This document shows positions 19,097 to 28,091 of a stretch of 64,000 nt of DNA, one piece after another. The position numbers and the translations under genes are program-made. The stretch is taken from IMG/VR virus record IMGVR_UViG_3300032236_001859, positions 124,001 through 188,000 of that record; one strand, 5' to 3'. How positions within the stretch are numbered: the stretch's first letter is position 1; every line of letters begins with the position of its first letter. The notes under the pieces are model-generated. The model saw nothing but the letters and a program-made list of their open reading frames with translations, ran no database searches and was not told the origin of the DNA.

Positions 19097-19314
19097 TATC
19101 GACCCCCGGTGCGGATGACCTCAACGGGGGTTGGCGTCAAACCAAGTTTGCGAACCGTGGATGAGAAATCTGACTTCGTGGCATCGGTATGTGCAACCAA
19201 TCCGTTTTCCTCATAGGACAACGCCAGGGGTTGTCCGAAGTCATCTGTAACAATGACCTCGGCAACGCTGATGTGGATCTGGCGTCCATCGGAGAGGCGG
19301 ATGCGGGCGCGCAT
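19096..19314 (-). CDS. Small hypothetical protein
   Basis: Start moved to MRARIRLSDG (GAGG SD, 1 nt after the upstream stop); 72 aa. Confidence 0.65.
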   Translation of the reverse strand: MRARIRLSDGRQIHISVAEVIVTDDFGQPLALSYEENGLVAHTDATKSDFSSTVRKLGLTPTPVEVIRTGGR

Positions 19315-19315
19315 G

Positions 19316-20233
19316 TTACCTCGATGCCAAAACTGGAGCAGTTGAACTCTGAGGGGCCACTGGGGTATCCGCGAGAACTGGGGCTGTTGCACTCACCGGA
19401 GGCTTTTCGCCATTAACGGTGACAACGCCCTGACCGGCAGCCGGGGTCTTCCCTTTGCCGTAGCCGAGGCCGGCGCGACGATCCATGCCAGGCATCGAGT
19501 ACACGGGTTCCTTCTTCGGAGCACTCGCAGCAGCCTTCGAGAACCCCAGACGAGCCAGGAGTTCCTTGGCCATCTTCACGGTGTTGCCACCGATTGCGCT
19601 GGGGTCGAGTTGGCCACCTAGGGAACCCATGGGGCCCCCACCACCTTGGGGTTGCCCGGAGACCGCACCAACAGTTGCGGCGGCGTCGGCATCTGACTTC
19701 TTGCCCTTGTTCTCTTGTTCCTTCTTCTTGCCTTCTTGTTCGAGATCGAACTCGGCCTGGGCTTGTTCTTTGGTACGCCCTTCGCCGATGGAGGCCATGG
19801 CGCGTTCAACGATGTCCATGACAACGTCGGCTTGGCCACGGGTCACGGCGTCATCAGGGGTTCCCTTGACGTCAGGGGTTCCTGGAGCCGTGGGGTCCGC
19901 ACCTGCGCTGGGGTCGCCACCTGCTGAGGGGTCTTCACCACCGATGGCACCGAGCATGTCGCCACCAGGGGGCATACCACCTGCGGCAGCGGGATCGCCA
20001 CCAGGAGGAGCTCCGGCAGCACTGGGATCACCACCACCAGGTGGCATGCCACCCATGGCAGAGGGATCGCCACCAGGAGGCATCGGAGGGGCCCCTGCAG
20101 CTGCGGGGTCACCCCCAGGAGGTGCACCGCCAGCTGCGGAGGGATCACTGCCCGGAGGTGGTGCTGCTACAAAGGCTCGCTTCTGTGCGAACTCGTTGAG
20201 GCCTCGTTGAAAAAGTCTTGCGGAGATATCCAT
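19316..20233 (-). CDS. Pro/Gly/Ala low-complexity K-x-A protein with PGGDP(S/A)A repeats
   Basis: QKRAF followed by about 6 GGDP(S/A)A units; VKMAK, SKAAAS. Confidence 0.7.
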   Translation of the reverse strand: MDISARLFQRGLNEFAQKRAFVAAPPPGSDPSAAGGAPPGGDPAAAGAPPMPPGGDPSAMGGMPPGGGDPSAAGAPPGGDPAAAGGMPPGGDMLGAIGGEDPSAGGDPSAGADPTAPGTPDVKGTPDDAVTRGQADVVMDIVERAMASIGEGRTKEQAQAEFDLEQEGKKKEQENKGKKSDADAAATVGAVSGQPQGGGGPMGSLGGQLDPSAIGGNTVKMAKELLARLGFSKAAASAPKKEPVYSMPGMDRRAGLGYGKGKTPAAGQGVVTVNGEKPPVSATAPVLADTPVAPQSSTAPVLASR

Positions 20234-20247
20234 GTTTCACCTTGGGG

Positions 20248-20276
20248 AGTCTAGTGTTACTTGACCACACCTTCAA
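20248..20276 (-). promoter_or_regulatory. Sigma70-like promoter
   Basis: Minus strand TTGAAG-17 nt-TAGACT in the 50-bp intergenic gap upstream of ATG 20233. Confidence 0.5.
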
Positions 20277-20283
20277 TCAAAGT

Positions 20284-21021
20284 TCATAGAAAAGCACTGG
20301 CACCTGGGGGAAGATTCTCAACAGGGGGCGGGGTTGTTGGCTTTGGTGCAGGCCTCACAGCATCACTGATTGCACCCATGCCTTCACGGATCTGGGGTAC
20401 TGCTTTGTCGACATGGGGACCGGCGACATAACCAGCGGCACCACCGGCGAGGGCGGCGAGCAGGGCGTTACGCCACTTATTCTTCTTACTCAGCAGAGCT
20501 GCACCCCCACCAGCCAAGGCTGCACCGGTAACAGCACCGATGTTCGCGGGATCCTTGTAGAACGGAGTCGCCGGAGCGGCATCTTGTGCGGTCTTTCGCC
20601 CAGCGCCTTGAATGGGTTGCAGCTTTGGCTTCACCACTGGAGTCGTCGCCGACTTCGGTGGGTTCTGTGCCTTGAAGAGTTGATTCCGGAAGTCTTCGTT
20701 GATGCCTTTGGTGTTGTCTTCGATAACAGCGGCCTTCTTGGCAATCGCGCTGGCACCAGCTCCGGAAAGAGCACCGAGACCTTCACGGATCTGGGGTACT
20801 GCTTTATCAACATGTGGTCCTGCGACATAACCAGCGGCACCGCCGGCGAGAGCTGCGAGAAGTGCATTACGCCACTTGTTCTTCTTACTCAACAGGGCAG
20901 CACCACTACCACCAATGGCAGCACCAGCGGCGGCTCCGATATTTGCGGGGTCTTGGTAAAACGGGACCTCAGCGGCGGCTACTTTGGTGAGGAGTGCGGC
21001 GAGAAGACGTGTGGACTGCAT
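20284..21021 (-). CDS. K-x-A protein with duplicated glycine-zipper membrane module
   Basis: Two near-identical units PFY(Q/K)DPANIGA..GAA..G.GAALLSKKNKWRNALLAALAGGAAGYVAGPHVDKAVPQIREG. Confidence 0.8.
   Translation of the reverse strand: MQSTRLLAALLTKVAAAEVPFYQDPANIGAAAGAAIGGSGAALLSKKNKWRNALLAALAGGAAGYVAGPHVDKAVPQIREGLGALSGAGASAIAKKAAVIEDNTKGINEDFRNQLFKAQNPPKSATTPVVKPKLQPIQGAGRKTAQDAAPATPFYKDPANIGAVTGAALAGGGAALLSKKNKWRNALLAALAGGAAGYVAGPHVDKAVPQIREGMGAISDAVRPAPKPTTPPPVENLPPGASAFL
20381..20565. repeat. 185-bp intragenic direct repeat, copy 1
   Basis: ccttcacggatctggggtactgcttt...aacgg; aligns without gaps to 20780..20964, with mostly synonymous differences. Confidence 0.9.
20780..20964. repeat. 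185-bp intragenic direct repeat, copy 2
   Basis: Second copy of the 20381..20565 unit. Confidence 0.9.
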
Positions 21022-21030
21022 GGAGTATTC

Positions 21031-24000
21031 CTACTTGTGGTTATGGGATGACAGGATAACAACTGGATCGGCGACACCAAGATCCCCCCTGAGGTAGGCC
21101 TTGTAGGCATCCTCCTTGGAGGCAAAGGTTCGCGTGGGCTTATCTTTCTTGACATTGGTGGCCAGGTAAAGCCCGGCGAGGTAGTCTTTATCAGGCTTCA
21201 AGTGAACATCGAAATCAGCGGGATGCCAGAGATTCTTCGAGGGCATCATCTTCTCGATGACATCTTGGACAGCGGAATGATGGGATGGCACATGAAGATT
21301 GATCTTGTCGCCATCGAAGTCGAGGTTCGCCCCGGGTTCGACGACCTGGGGGACCCCAATGTTGTTTCCCTTGGAGAGCACTGGCCAGGCCCCCACGTAA
21401 TTGTACCGCTGGAGTGCCGGGGCGCGATCCCAGTAAACCGGGCGTGCCTTCATCTCGGCCTGGAGTTCACGGAGCGCCGCTGGCTTCTGTTCCCGGACAG
21501 CCATGACGGCTTCACGCGCACTCCACCCTGATCTGACGAGGCGACGGATGACATAGGGGCGATACAGGGTCCACGCCATTTCCTTGGGGATCGAGACCTG
21601 ATCCATGTCGAGTTCGGGATCCGGGGTGGCCACCCCGCGCCCCACGGAATCCACGGCTTGACCGAGAACCTTGCGTTGGAAACGCGCAAACTTGGGGGAG
21701 TCGCCAACACCAATGGCGTTCTGGAGAAGTCCTTTGACGCCTTGTTCGACATGCTTGGGGTTGACAGGGGCACCGAGACCAGCCACGGCTTTGGCAGCCG
21801 CATACATGGCCCCGTATTCCTCACCGGCGTCACCAAAGGCCTTCTGGGCATCTGTGTAATTCTTCCCGGACTCCATGAGGTCGTGGTAGAGATAGTTGGC
21901 ATCGTGGATGATGTCCATCTTCCCCGCACGTATAACAGGTCTGAACTTCGGTGGTATAACGGGGATCTTGGAGATCATGAGATCACCGGGATCCACCCCT
22001 GCAGACTTCAAACCACTGAGATAGTTGAGGGCACGGACGTGGACATCACGGGATGACTTCGATCCCGTCTTGACCCCCTGGACGTGCATGGCGATTTCAC
22101 GGTCAACATTGATCCCCTTGAGAGCAGTCTCAATGGCTTCTGGTCCCGTTTTGTCACCAATCTTTTCCTGCCCGCTGAGAACATCGAGGAACTTCTGCTT
22201 GGTGAGCCCAAGGATCCTGATGATGGGTTCTTCCATAACTGGATTCGGGATCTTCTGGGGGAGCTCAATCCTGGTGAAGTGGCGTCCATCGGCACCACCA
22301 GTTTTGGCGAGATCGAAGAGGCCGCCATCCTTGGGCTGCATGGTCTCGAAGTCAAAAGTCTCCGAGCTGGAGACTGAATGCGGGGCCAGGGCGTCGGTGT
22401 CGGCATCCGTCATCGGGGCCAACTTCAGCCGGCCCTGGTTCTCGCGAACATTGACCCCAGCCCCCTTGAGGAGATCGAGGAAGTGACCATGGGCTCCAGA
22501 GGCCTCAGGCATCGCGGGATCCATCCCAAGTTTCACTGAACGCCAGTAGTCGTCATTACGCTGCCCCCTGATGAGCTTGGCGTCCTTGAGAACATTGGTG
22601 GCCCCAGCGCTGAGCAGGCATTGGACACCGAGAAGCGCGATCTTCTTGCTGCCCTCGGGGCCACCCTTGGCAGGGGAATCATCAGAGGTGTAACCCCCGG
22701 TATCACGTGCGGCGAGCCCGGACTCCGCGGTGTGGTGCAACCGCATGAGATGCTGGACCCCAGTGAAGATGCCCTTGATCTTATGACCAGTCTTGGGATC
22801 CGTGACATCGTCGAGTTCAGTGATCCCATTGACCTTGGCCTCATTCAGGGCGAAGTCACCGAGATCATCGTGATCAAAAGATTTGAGAACATACGGCTTC
22901 CCGGTTTTCCTGGCAACCTTACCCAGCAGGGTTTCAGCGAGCACCGAGGGGTTCGCACGAGAGATCACGCCCAAGGAGTTCACGATGATGTCCAGGGGCT
23001 TGCCATCCGGACCAATAGGCATCTCACCATCGGGTACGATCTGGGAGACCACACCCTTGTTGCCGTAACGTGCGGTGAGCTTGGATCCCTCAGTCATGGG
23101 CTCCACGCTGGAGATCATGACCTTGATCCCCTTGCGGGTTCTCACGACATCAGTGACCTGGCCGGGAGTCGAGTGATCCCAGGTCTGCGAGGCATCGGCG
23201 AATGCAGACCTCGCCGAGGGGGTAACAACCCCACCAGGTCTCGGGGTCTTCTTGCGCACCGCGAGGAGCACGGGATCCCCGGGCTGCACAATGGCACCCT
23301 CTTTGATCACTCCGTCATCATCAATACTCGAGATCTGCTCTGGTTTATACTTGCCTTGGAAGATCGAGGAGTAATCCGCTTTCTTCGTGGAATGAATGTG
23401 CTTGTCGAGTTCGAGCTCATGTTTGTAGGCATGCTGGGATGACAGTCGTCGAGCCGTGGACTCCGAGATCTTGAAGCCGTCTTCATAGGTGTGCCCGGAG
23501 CCCACCATGTAGCCCACGTTGAAGTTGGCCCCCATGGTGGCCTGACCCTTGTCATCAGTAAAGTTCGACTTCGCTAGGACATCACCTGGCTTGAAGGCGT
23601 CGCCTTCTCGGACCAATGGAGTGTTATGCAAACTTGTTTTACGCGCCAAGGGGTAGTTGTTATACAATTCGTGGCGCTCTTTTTTGCCACCGGCGTAGAC
23701 GACATCGATGTGGTCTGGTGTTACCGCAACAACACGGCCAGGGGCCTTGGCCTTCACGGCACCCATCCAGACCCCCATGGAATCATGTATTGAGTTACCA
23801 TCGGGGTTCGAGGCCTGGACTAAGGGGGCCTCAGGTGATTGTAATGGGAGGGCCTGTGACGTGTTATGAACTACTACACACGCACCACACATAAACACAT
23901 TATCTTCCATGTCCAAGTCATACACGTACGTATATTGTTTCACATCTAATTCTTCTATGGACTCTACACGATCCCACCACACATCCGAGTCTAACCACGC

Positions 24001-26886
24001 AATGCTGGCTGCGTCCTCCCCCAAAAGTGTGCGTACGCTTTCCCTTGTTAGCTGGTTACTGTAAATACGCTTGTACTCCCGGCTTCCTCTACGCGTGTGC
24101 GCCCGCAGACTAGCGTCGAGATTTGGCCACCTTGGGAACCAGTCCGCTGATTTTTTGCCAGACCATCTTGCAGCTCTTATCCTTAAATCCTTTCGTTCGC
24201 AGTGCAGTGTAGGGAGTCTACTTACATGTTCAGTGCGTACCTCAAAATAATGCTGAATAGCATGAGATCCACCTGGTCCAGTCATAACATGTGTAGCGCT
24301 TCTGTTGCACATTATACCCATCGTTGCGCATAGGTTTACAAAACCATCTATCAATTTACCGCTTCTGCTGCTACCGTTCACACGCACAGCATCTCGGCGA
24401 GGTTGCACCCCACCATCTCCAGCAAGGTACCCAGCTAGAAGTCCACGCCGAAACTCTAAAGGAGCAAAAAAGACCCAGCCAGGTAGCACCTTGTTGTAAG
24501 CCCCAGCACCGTAATCACTGCTAATAGCAGATGCGAATTGCGCCCAGCAAACATTGACTTTATCCATCTTGCCATCTACGCGACCACTAAGCACAGAAGC
24601 ATTTACTCCTATGTTTCGGAAGTATTCAAATAATTTATTCAGAACATCAGAATCACAGTTTGCGAAACTGACTGCTGATGCAAAAAACTTGTGTCCATCT
24701 CTGTGCGCATGCACTAAACTACCCTCTGCGATGTACATACCATGCACCCACCCAGTTTCGTAATTTAGTGGTAATGCCGCAGTTGGATACGCATTATGCT
24801 TTCTGCCTGCGGCTACTACCCAATCGGTGCGATCGCATCTGCTATCGGGAATCTTACCCACAATCGGTACTGGCACCCCTCTGGTGAGATCCTGTGTGTG
24901 TACCTTAGTAAGACCCCCATCTTCTCCAATAGTGACAAAGCTGTGATCATCAGTCGCATTTACATGACGCCCACTCTTCAATGTGACTTTTTTGATTCGC
25001 TTTACATTCAAATGCTTGTCTAAGGCCCGTACACGCCTCCATATCACTTTGGATGTGGTCTTATCGACCGACACAGCACAGTCCCCTTCAGCGTGCACGT
25101 AATCTTCAATTAGTCCGTAATAATGCTCGCCATTATCACGCCTAATCAAAACAGGAGTGTCTCCAGTTACTGACATCCTTGCACCCATCAGGGTTCGCTG
25201 CGACTTCGCACCTTGAGTCATCGGCACCATGTTGGTGAGCCGGGAGAACATCGAGGAACCATGGGGGAGTTCGTAGTCGACCTCTGTGGCAGGCTTCCAC
25301 TTGATGTCCTCACCATCGAGAACACGCACCATCGGGGGCAATGGCTTCCCGAGACCGTGCATACCCACTGACGCCGAGATCTCGGGATCATTGGCGATGT
25401 CATTCATGTCGACGACGTGATCCTCGTATTTACCGTTGGCCCCCATCAAGGGTACCTTGTAGAGTTCCCTCTTCGCCGCCTTCGCGAACTCACCTGGGAA
25501 TGCAATCGGCTTCTTGGAGGCCTGGAGTGCTGAAAGCGTGATATCCTCACCCTTACGGGAGCGGACCTTGAAATAGAGCCGACCATCGGATCCCTTGAGA
25601 GCACCATCGGTGACCCGCATGTCGACGCCGATGTTCTGACCTTCAGGTGCCCGGATGGGATCTATGATACCAAAGTAACTGGGTTGGACGCCACGTGCGG
25701 ATCGCGGTACGGCCTGATTGGAGGAGATTCCACCTTCACCAAGCCGTGTTATAGTCTGCCGGGCATCCATGATTTCCATGGGGTTGGTGTCTTCAACTGA
25801 AGCCATGAGCCCACTTTGGAAAACGCTGTCCACTGCTGGGTTCAGGAGTCCTGGGGATACGTTGCCGAGGTTGCCTTCACGTGTGGCCCGCCATAGCAGT
25901 TTTCTCATGGCGTCGCCGCCACGGCTCAGGCGCTCCTCGAAGAAGTCCTCGGGGCCATGAAAGCTCTGGAAGGCCTGGGAGTCCCGGACGTCATCGGGGA
26001 CCTCATCGCGACTCCGCTTCAACATCTTGGATGTCGCGTTCAACATGGTATCAATGTTGAAGTTCTTATATTTGGTGCCTAAAGTGGTCTCCGTGGTTTC
26101 CTCGTCGAGCTCGGCTCTTCCCAGGATCTCATGGAGTTTGTCTTTGAGGGCTTCGCTGGCGACTTCTTGGTCACCTCGGCGTCCCATCTTGGCTACAATC
26201 TTTCTGGCCTCCTGGGCGTCATGCCCACCCGGAGGTCTCCAGTTCAGCTTGAAGAGTTCGTCGCCCCATGCCGCCTTGATGGCGTCATCGGGGACCCCCA
26301 TCGATCGCAGCAAGGGGTACAGCCGGGTTCCACTCTGACCCACGTTTAATTTGAACACACCTGTTGAGGGCTCGAGCTGGAGATCGAAACCACGGCCACT
26401 ACCTGGCTTCGGATTCACCTGTGCCTTGACGTCCCCGTTCTGTTGCCGGAGCACGAAGACCCCGGGGCGCAGACGCTGCTGGTTCTTAGCCGCCCAGATG
26501 GTGCCACCGCGAACAAAGATGCCACGCGGGGTCAAATGGGGGACATGTGCAAGAGTTGTCTCGGTTTCATCGACGACTTGGCCGGATGCTTTATCGATGA
26601 GGCGGACGTTGCCCTTGATGGCGCGCTGCATGCTCTGCCGAGCCATCAACGCTTTCTTTTCATCACTGAGGCTAGGGTTGTAGTCCTGGGCATAATCAGG
26701 GTTCGAGATCTCGACCCGGTACTTCTCGTTCTCCACTGGCTTCAGGGCACGGACCCCACGCAGGGCATTGGAGTAGATGGCGTCGCGTTGTCCGCTGACG
26801 TCATCAAAGCTCCTATAGGTCACCGGAGGAACGGGACCAGGGCTCCCCGAGGGGGCATCAAATGCACCTTTGAGAGCACCCAGCAT
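21031..26886 (-). CDS. rpoB: DNA-directed RNA polymerase, beta subunit fused to N-terminal half of beta' (contains catalytic DFDGD), intein-containing
   Basis: Start moved to MLGALKG (26886, 1 nt after the upstream stop). Beta motifs: RTLMGARM/TSQALPL, HTYEDG, GSKLTARYGNKGVVS, LDIIVNSLGVISRAN, LMRLHH, ARDTGGY, GGPEGSKKIALL. Beta' motifs: ETFDFETMQPKDGGLFD, IPVIPPKFRP, VLGQAVDSVGRGVATP, DRAPALQR, NLDFDGD (21307-21327), GLYLAT. Confidence 0.95.
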   Translation of the reverse strand: MLGALKGAFDAPSGSPGPVPPVTYRSFDDVSGQRDAIYSNALRGVRALKPVENEKYRVEISNPDYAQDYNPSLSDEKKALMARQSMQRAIKGNVRLIDKASGQVVDETETTLAHVPHLTPRGIFVRGGTIWAAKNQQRLRPGVFVLRQQNGDVKAQVNPKPGSGRGFDLQLEPSTGVFKLNVGQSGTRLYPLLRSMGVPDDAIKAAWGDELFKLNWRPPGGHDAQEARKIVAKMGRRGDQEVASEALKDKLHEILGRAELDEETTETTLGTKYKNFNIDTMLNATSKMLKRSRDEVPDDVRDSQAFQSFHGPEDFFEERLSRGGDAMRKLLWRATREGNLGNVSPGLLNPAVDSVFQSGLMASVEDTNPMEIMDARQTITRLGEGGISSNQAVPRSARGVQPSYFGIIDPIRAPEGQNIGVDMRVTDGALKGSDGRLYFKVRSRKGEDITLSALQASKKPIAFPGEFAKAAKRELYKVPLMGANGKYEDHVVDMNDIANDPEISASVGMHGLGKPLPPMVRVLDGEDIKWKPATEVDYELPHGSSMFSRLTNMVPMTQGAKSQRTLMGARMSVTGDTPVLIRRDNGEHYYGLIEDYVHAEGDCAVSVDKTTSKVIWRRVRALDKHLNVKRIKKVTLKSGRHVNATDDHSFVTIGEDGGLTKVHTQDLTRGVPVPIVGKIPDSRCDRTDWVVAAGRKHNAYPTAALPLNYETGWVHGMYIAEGSLVHAHRDGHKFFASAVSFANCDSDVLNKLFEYFRNIGVNASVLSGRVDGKMDKVNVCWAQFASAISSDYGAGAYNKVLPGWVFFAPLEFRRGLLAGYLAGDGGVQPRRDAVRVNGSSRSGKLIDGFVNLCATMGIMCNRSATHVMTGPGGSHAIQHYFEVRTEHVSRLPTLHCERKDLRIRAARWSGKKSADWFPRWPNLDASLRAHTRRGSREYKRIYSNQLTRESVRTLLGEDAASIAWLDSDVWWDRVESIEELDVKQYTYVYDLDMEDNVFMCGACVVVHNTSQALPLQSPEAPLVQASNPDGNSIHDSMGVWMGAVKAKAPGRVVAVTPDHIDVVYAGGKKERHELYNNYPLARKTSLHNTPLVREGDAFKPGDVLAKSNFTDDKGQATMGANFNVGYMVGSGHTYEDGFKISESTARRLSSQHAYKHELELDKHIHSTKKADYSSIFQGKYKPEQISSIDDDGVIKEGAIVQPGDPVLLAVRKKTPRPGGVVTPSARSAFADASQTWDHSTPGQVTDVVRTRKGIKVMISSVEPMTEGSKLTARYGNKGVVSQIVPDGEMPIGPDGKPLDIIVNSLGVISRANPSVLAETLLGKVARKTGKPYVLKSFDHDDLGDFALNEAKVNGITELDDVTDPKTGHKIKGIFTGVQHLMRLHHTAESGLAARDTGGYTSDDSPAKGGPEGSKKIALLGVQCLLSAGATNVLKDAKLIRGQRNDDYWRSVKLGMDPAMPEASGAHGHFLDLLKGAGVNVRENQGRLKLAPMTDADTDALAPHSVSSSETFDFETMQPKDGGLFDLAKTGGADGRHFTRIELPQKIPNPVMEEPIIRILGLTKQKFLDVLSGQEKIGDKTGPEAIETALKGINVDREIAMHVQGVKTGSKSSRDVHVRALNYLSGLKSAGVDPGDLMISKIPVIPPKFRPVIRAGKMDIIHDANYLYHDLMESGKNYTDAQKAFGDAGEEYGAMYAAAKAVAGLGAPVNPKHVEQGVKGLLQNAIGVGDSPKFARFQRKVLGQAVDSVGRGVATPDPELDMDQVSIPKEMAWTLYRPYVIRRLVRSGWSAREAVMAVREQKPAALRELQAEMKARPVYWDRAPALQRYNYVGAWPVLSKGNNIGVPQVVEPGANLDFDGDKINLHVPSHHSAVQDVIEKMMPSKNLWHPADFDVHLKPDKDYLAGLYLATNVKKDKPTRTFASKEDAYKAYLRGDLGVADPVVILSSHNHK
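23863..25173 (-). mobile_element. Intein (437 aa) with LAGLIDADG homing endonuclease in RNAP beta
   Basis: Begins SVTGDTPVLI, has block B TDDH, LAGLIDADG blocks GWVHGMYIAEGS and GLLAGYLAGDGG, and ends YVYDLDMEDNVFMCGACVVVHN followed by Thr. Removal restores GARM-TSQALPL (cf. GANMQRQAVPL). Lower GC than the exteins. Confidence 0.93.
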
Positions 26887-26887
26887 A

Positions 26888-27658
26888 TCAGCCCACCGCC
26901 GCTGCTGGCTGCTTCCTGACCACGGGAACCATGACTGCGGTTGGCGTCTCGGCCCCAATGTTATTGAGATAGTCTCGCATCGCCTTGGCCTTGGCGCGAT
27001 ACTTGTTTTCGTCGCGATTCGCGTTGTAGGCCTTCATGGCCACCAGGGTGCCCGCGATGCCCAATGGGATACCAAGCGGCTTCAGGATTTCACCAATGGT
27101 GGAGGCGCCACGACTCACGATGGAGGGGACGACATCATCCAGCGCAGCCGCTGCTTTCGGAAACTGGACATGATCCCCGAACTCGGAGAGACCCACGTTT
27201 TCAATGTAGACATCAGCGGCGACTTTGAGCGCACGGGAGATCCCTTGATCCGCGGGATCCGATTCTCCATTGATCAAGGCCTGGACACGCCGACGACTCC
27301 GCTCCAACGATTTCTGGGCTTTCGCCTTACGCTTGGAGTCCAGAATCTTATCAGCCAGAGACCAGCCCCCAACAGTGGACAGGGTGCCAATTGTGCCCTG
27401 GATCGCGGTGTCGAGAACATTGTCCGCGGCTTGTTTAACTTTAACGCCCTTCTTACGCAGTTCCTCGGCTTCTTCTTCGCTGACATCCACGGGGACCTCA
27501 ACTGCTGAGCTCTCCACTGGGGGCAACTTGGCCGGAGCACGTGTACCGGACTTATTCGCGATGTCGTAGCCCCAACGGGCCAGACGAGCACCGACACCAA
27601 GACCGAGACCTGTAATCGCTGGAAACGCGACGTCACTATAGGTAAGATTTATGGCCAT
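26888..27658 (-). CDS. K-x-A protein with glycine-zipper/membrane helices
   Basis: ITGLGLGVGARLA, VKQAAD, PKAAAA, LGIPLGIAGTLVA. Confidence 0.65.
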   Translation of the reverse strand: MAINLTYSDVAFPAITGLGLGVGARLARWGYDIANKSGTRAPAKLPPVESSAVEVPVDVSEEEAEELRKKGVKVKQAADNVLDTAIQGTIGTLSTVGGWSLADKILDSKRKAKAQKSLERSRRRVQALINGESDPADQGISRALKVAADVYIENVGLSEFGDHVQFPKAAAALDDVVPSIVSRGASTIGEILKPLGIPLGIAGTLVAMKAYNANRDENKYRAKAKAMRDYLNNIGAETPTAVMVPVVRKQPAAAVG

Positions 27659-27667
27659 GACGGGATC

Positions 27668-28090
27668 CTATTGTTCCGGGGATACCTGGGGAGGGGCAAA
27701 CCTGCGTGGGGGCCTCGGGGCCCCGGGTAGCGCGTAGTCAAGCGTGGACCATCTCATGTAGGCCATGTACCGACCATGCTTCTCAGAGAAATCGACGCGG
27801 TGCTCGGAAAGCACTGAACTCCCCTCCGCGATCTCCTGCCAGACCTTGCGGTAGGTGTCGAGCTGATCTGGGTTGGCGAGATCGAATATGGCGACTTCAG
27901 CGGTATAGAACTCTTTGACTTGCTTGGAATCTGGATCCTTTGGGTGAATCAGGGGGACTTCGCCGGTGATGGGGACCTCGCGTTGGGCGGCGTGACGAAC
28001 CACTCGCATGCCCTGAGGCAGCGGTACCCGAGTACCCTGGAGCACGGAGCCCCCACGGATGACACCTGGTGATCCTGGGTTGGAATCCAT
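27668..28090 (-). CDS. Hypothetical protein
   Basis: 140-aa ORF, 1 nt from the upstream stop. Confidence 0.7.
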   Translation of the reverse strand: MDSNPGSPGVIRGGSVLQGTRVPLPQGMRVVRHAAQREVPITGEVPLIHPKDPDSKQVKEFYTAEVAIFDLANPDQLDTYRKVWQEIAEGSSVLSEHRVDFSEKHGRYMAYMRWSTLDYALPGAPRPPRRFAPPQVSPEQ

Positions 28091-28091
28091 T

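Noticed and set aside
20381-20964. CRISPR array or DGR template/variable repeat pair
   Set aside because: Only two long copies inside one ORF, differences are mostly synonymous rather than adenine-specific, and there is no reverse transcriptase or cas gene in the window.
23863-25173. Group I/II intron explanation for the low-GC inserts in RNAP and RNR
   Set aside because: Both inserts are in frame without stops and have protein-splicing termini (S/C...HN/SN + T/C), so they are inteins.
16137-26886. Cellular rpoBC operon or eukaryotic giant-virus RNAP
   Set aside because: No ribosomal-protein context, the fusion and split are non-cellular, neighbours are capsid genes, translation signals are bacterial and motifs are bacterial-type.
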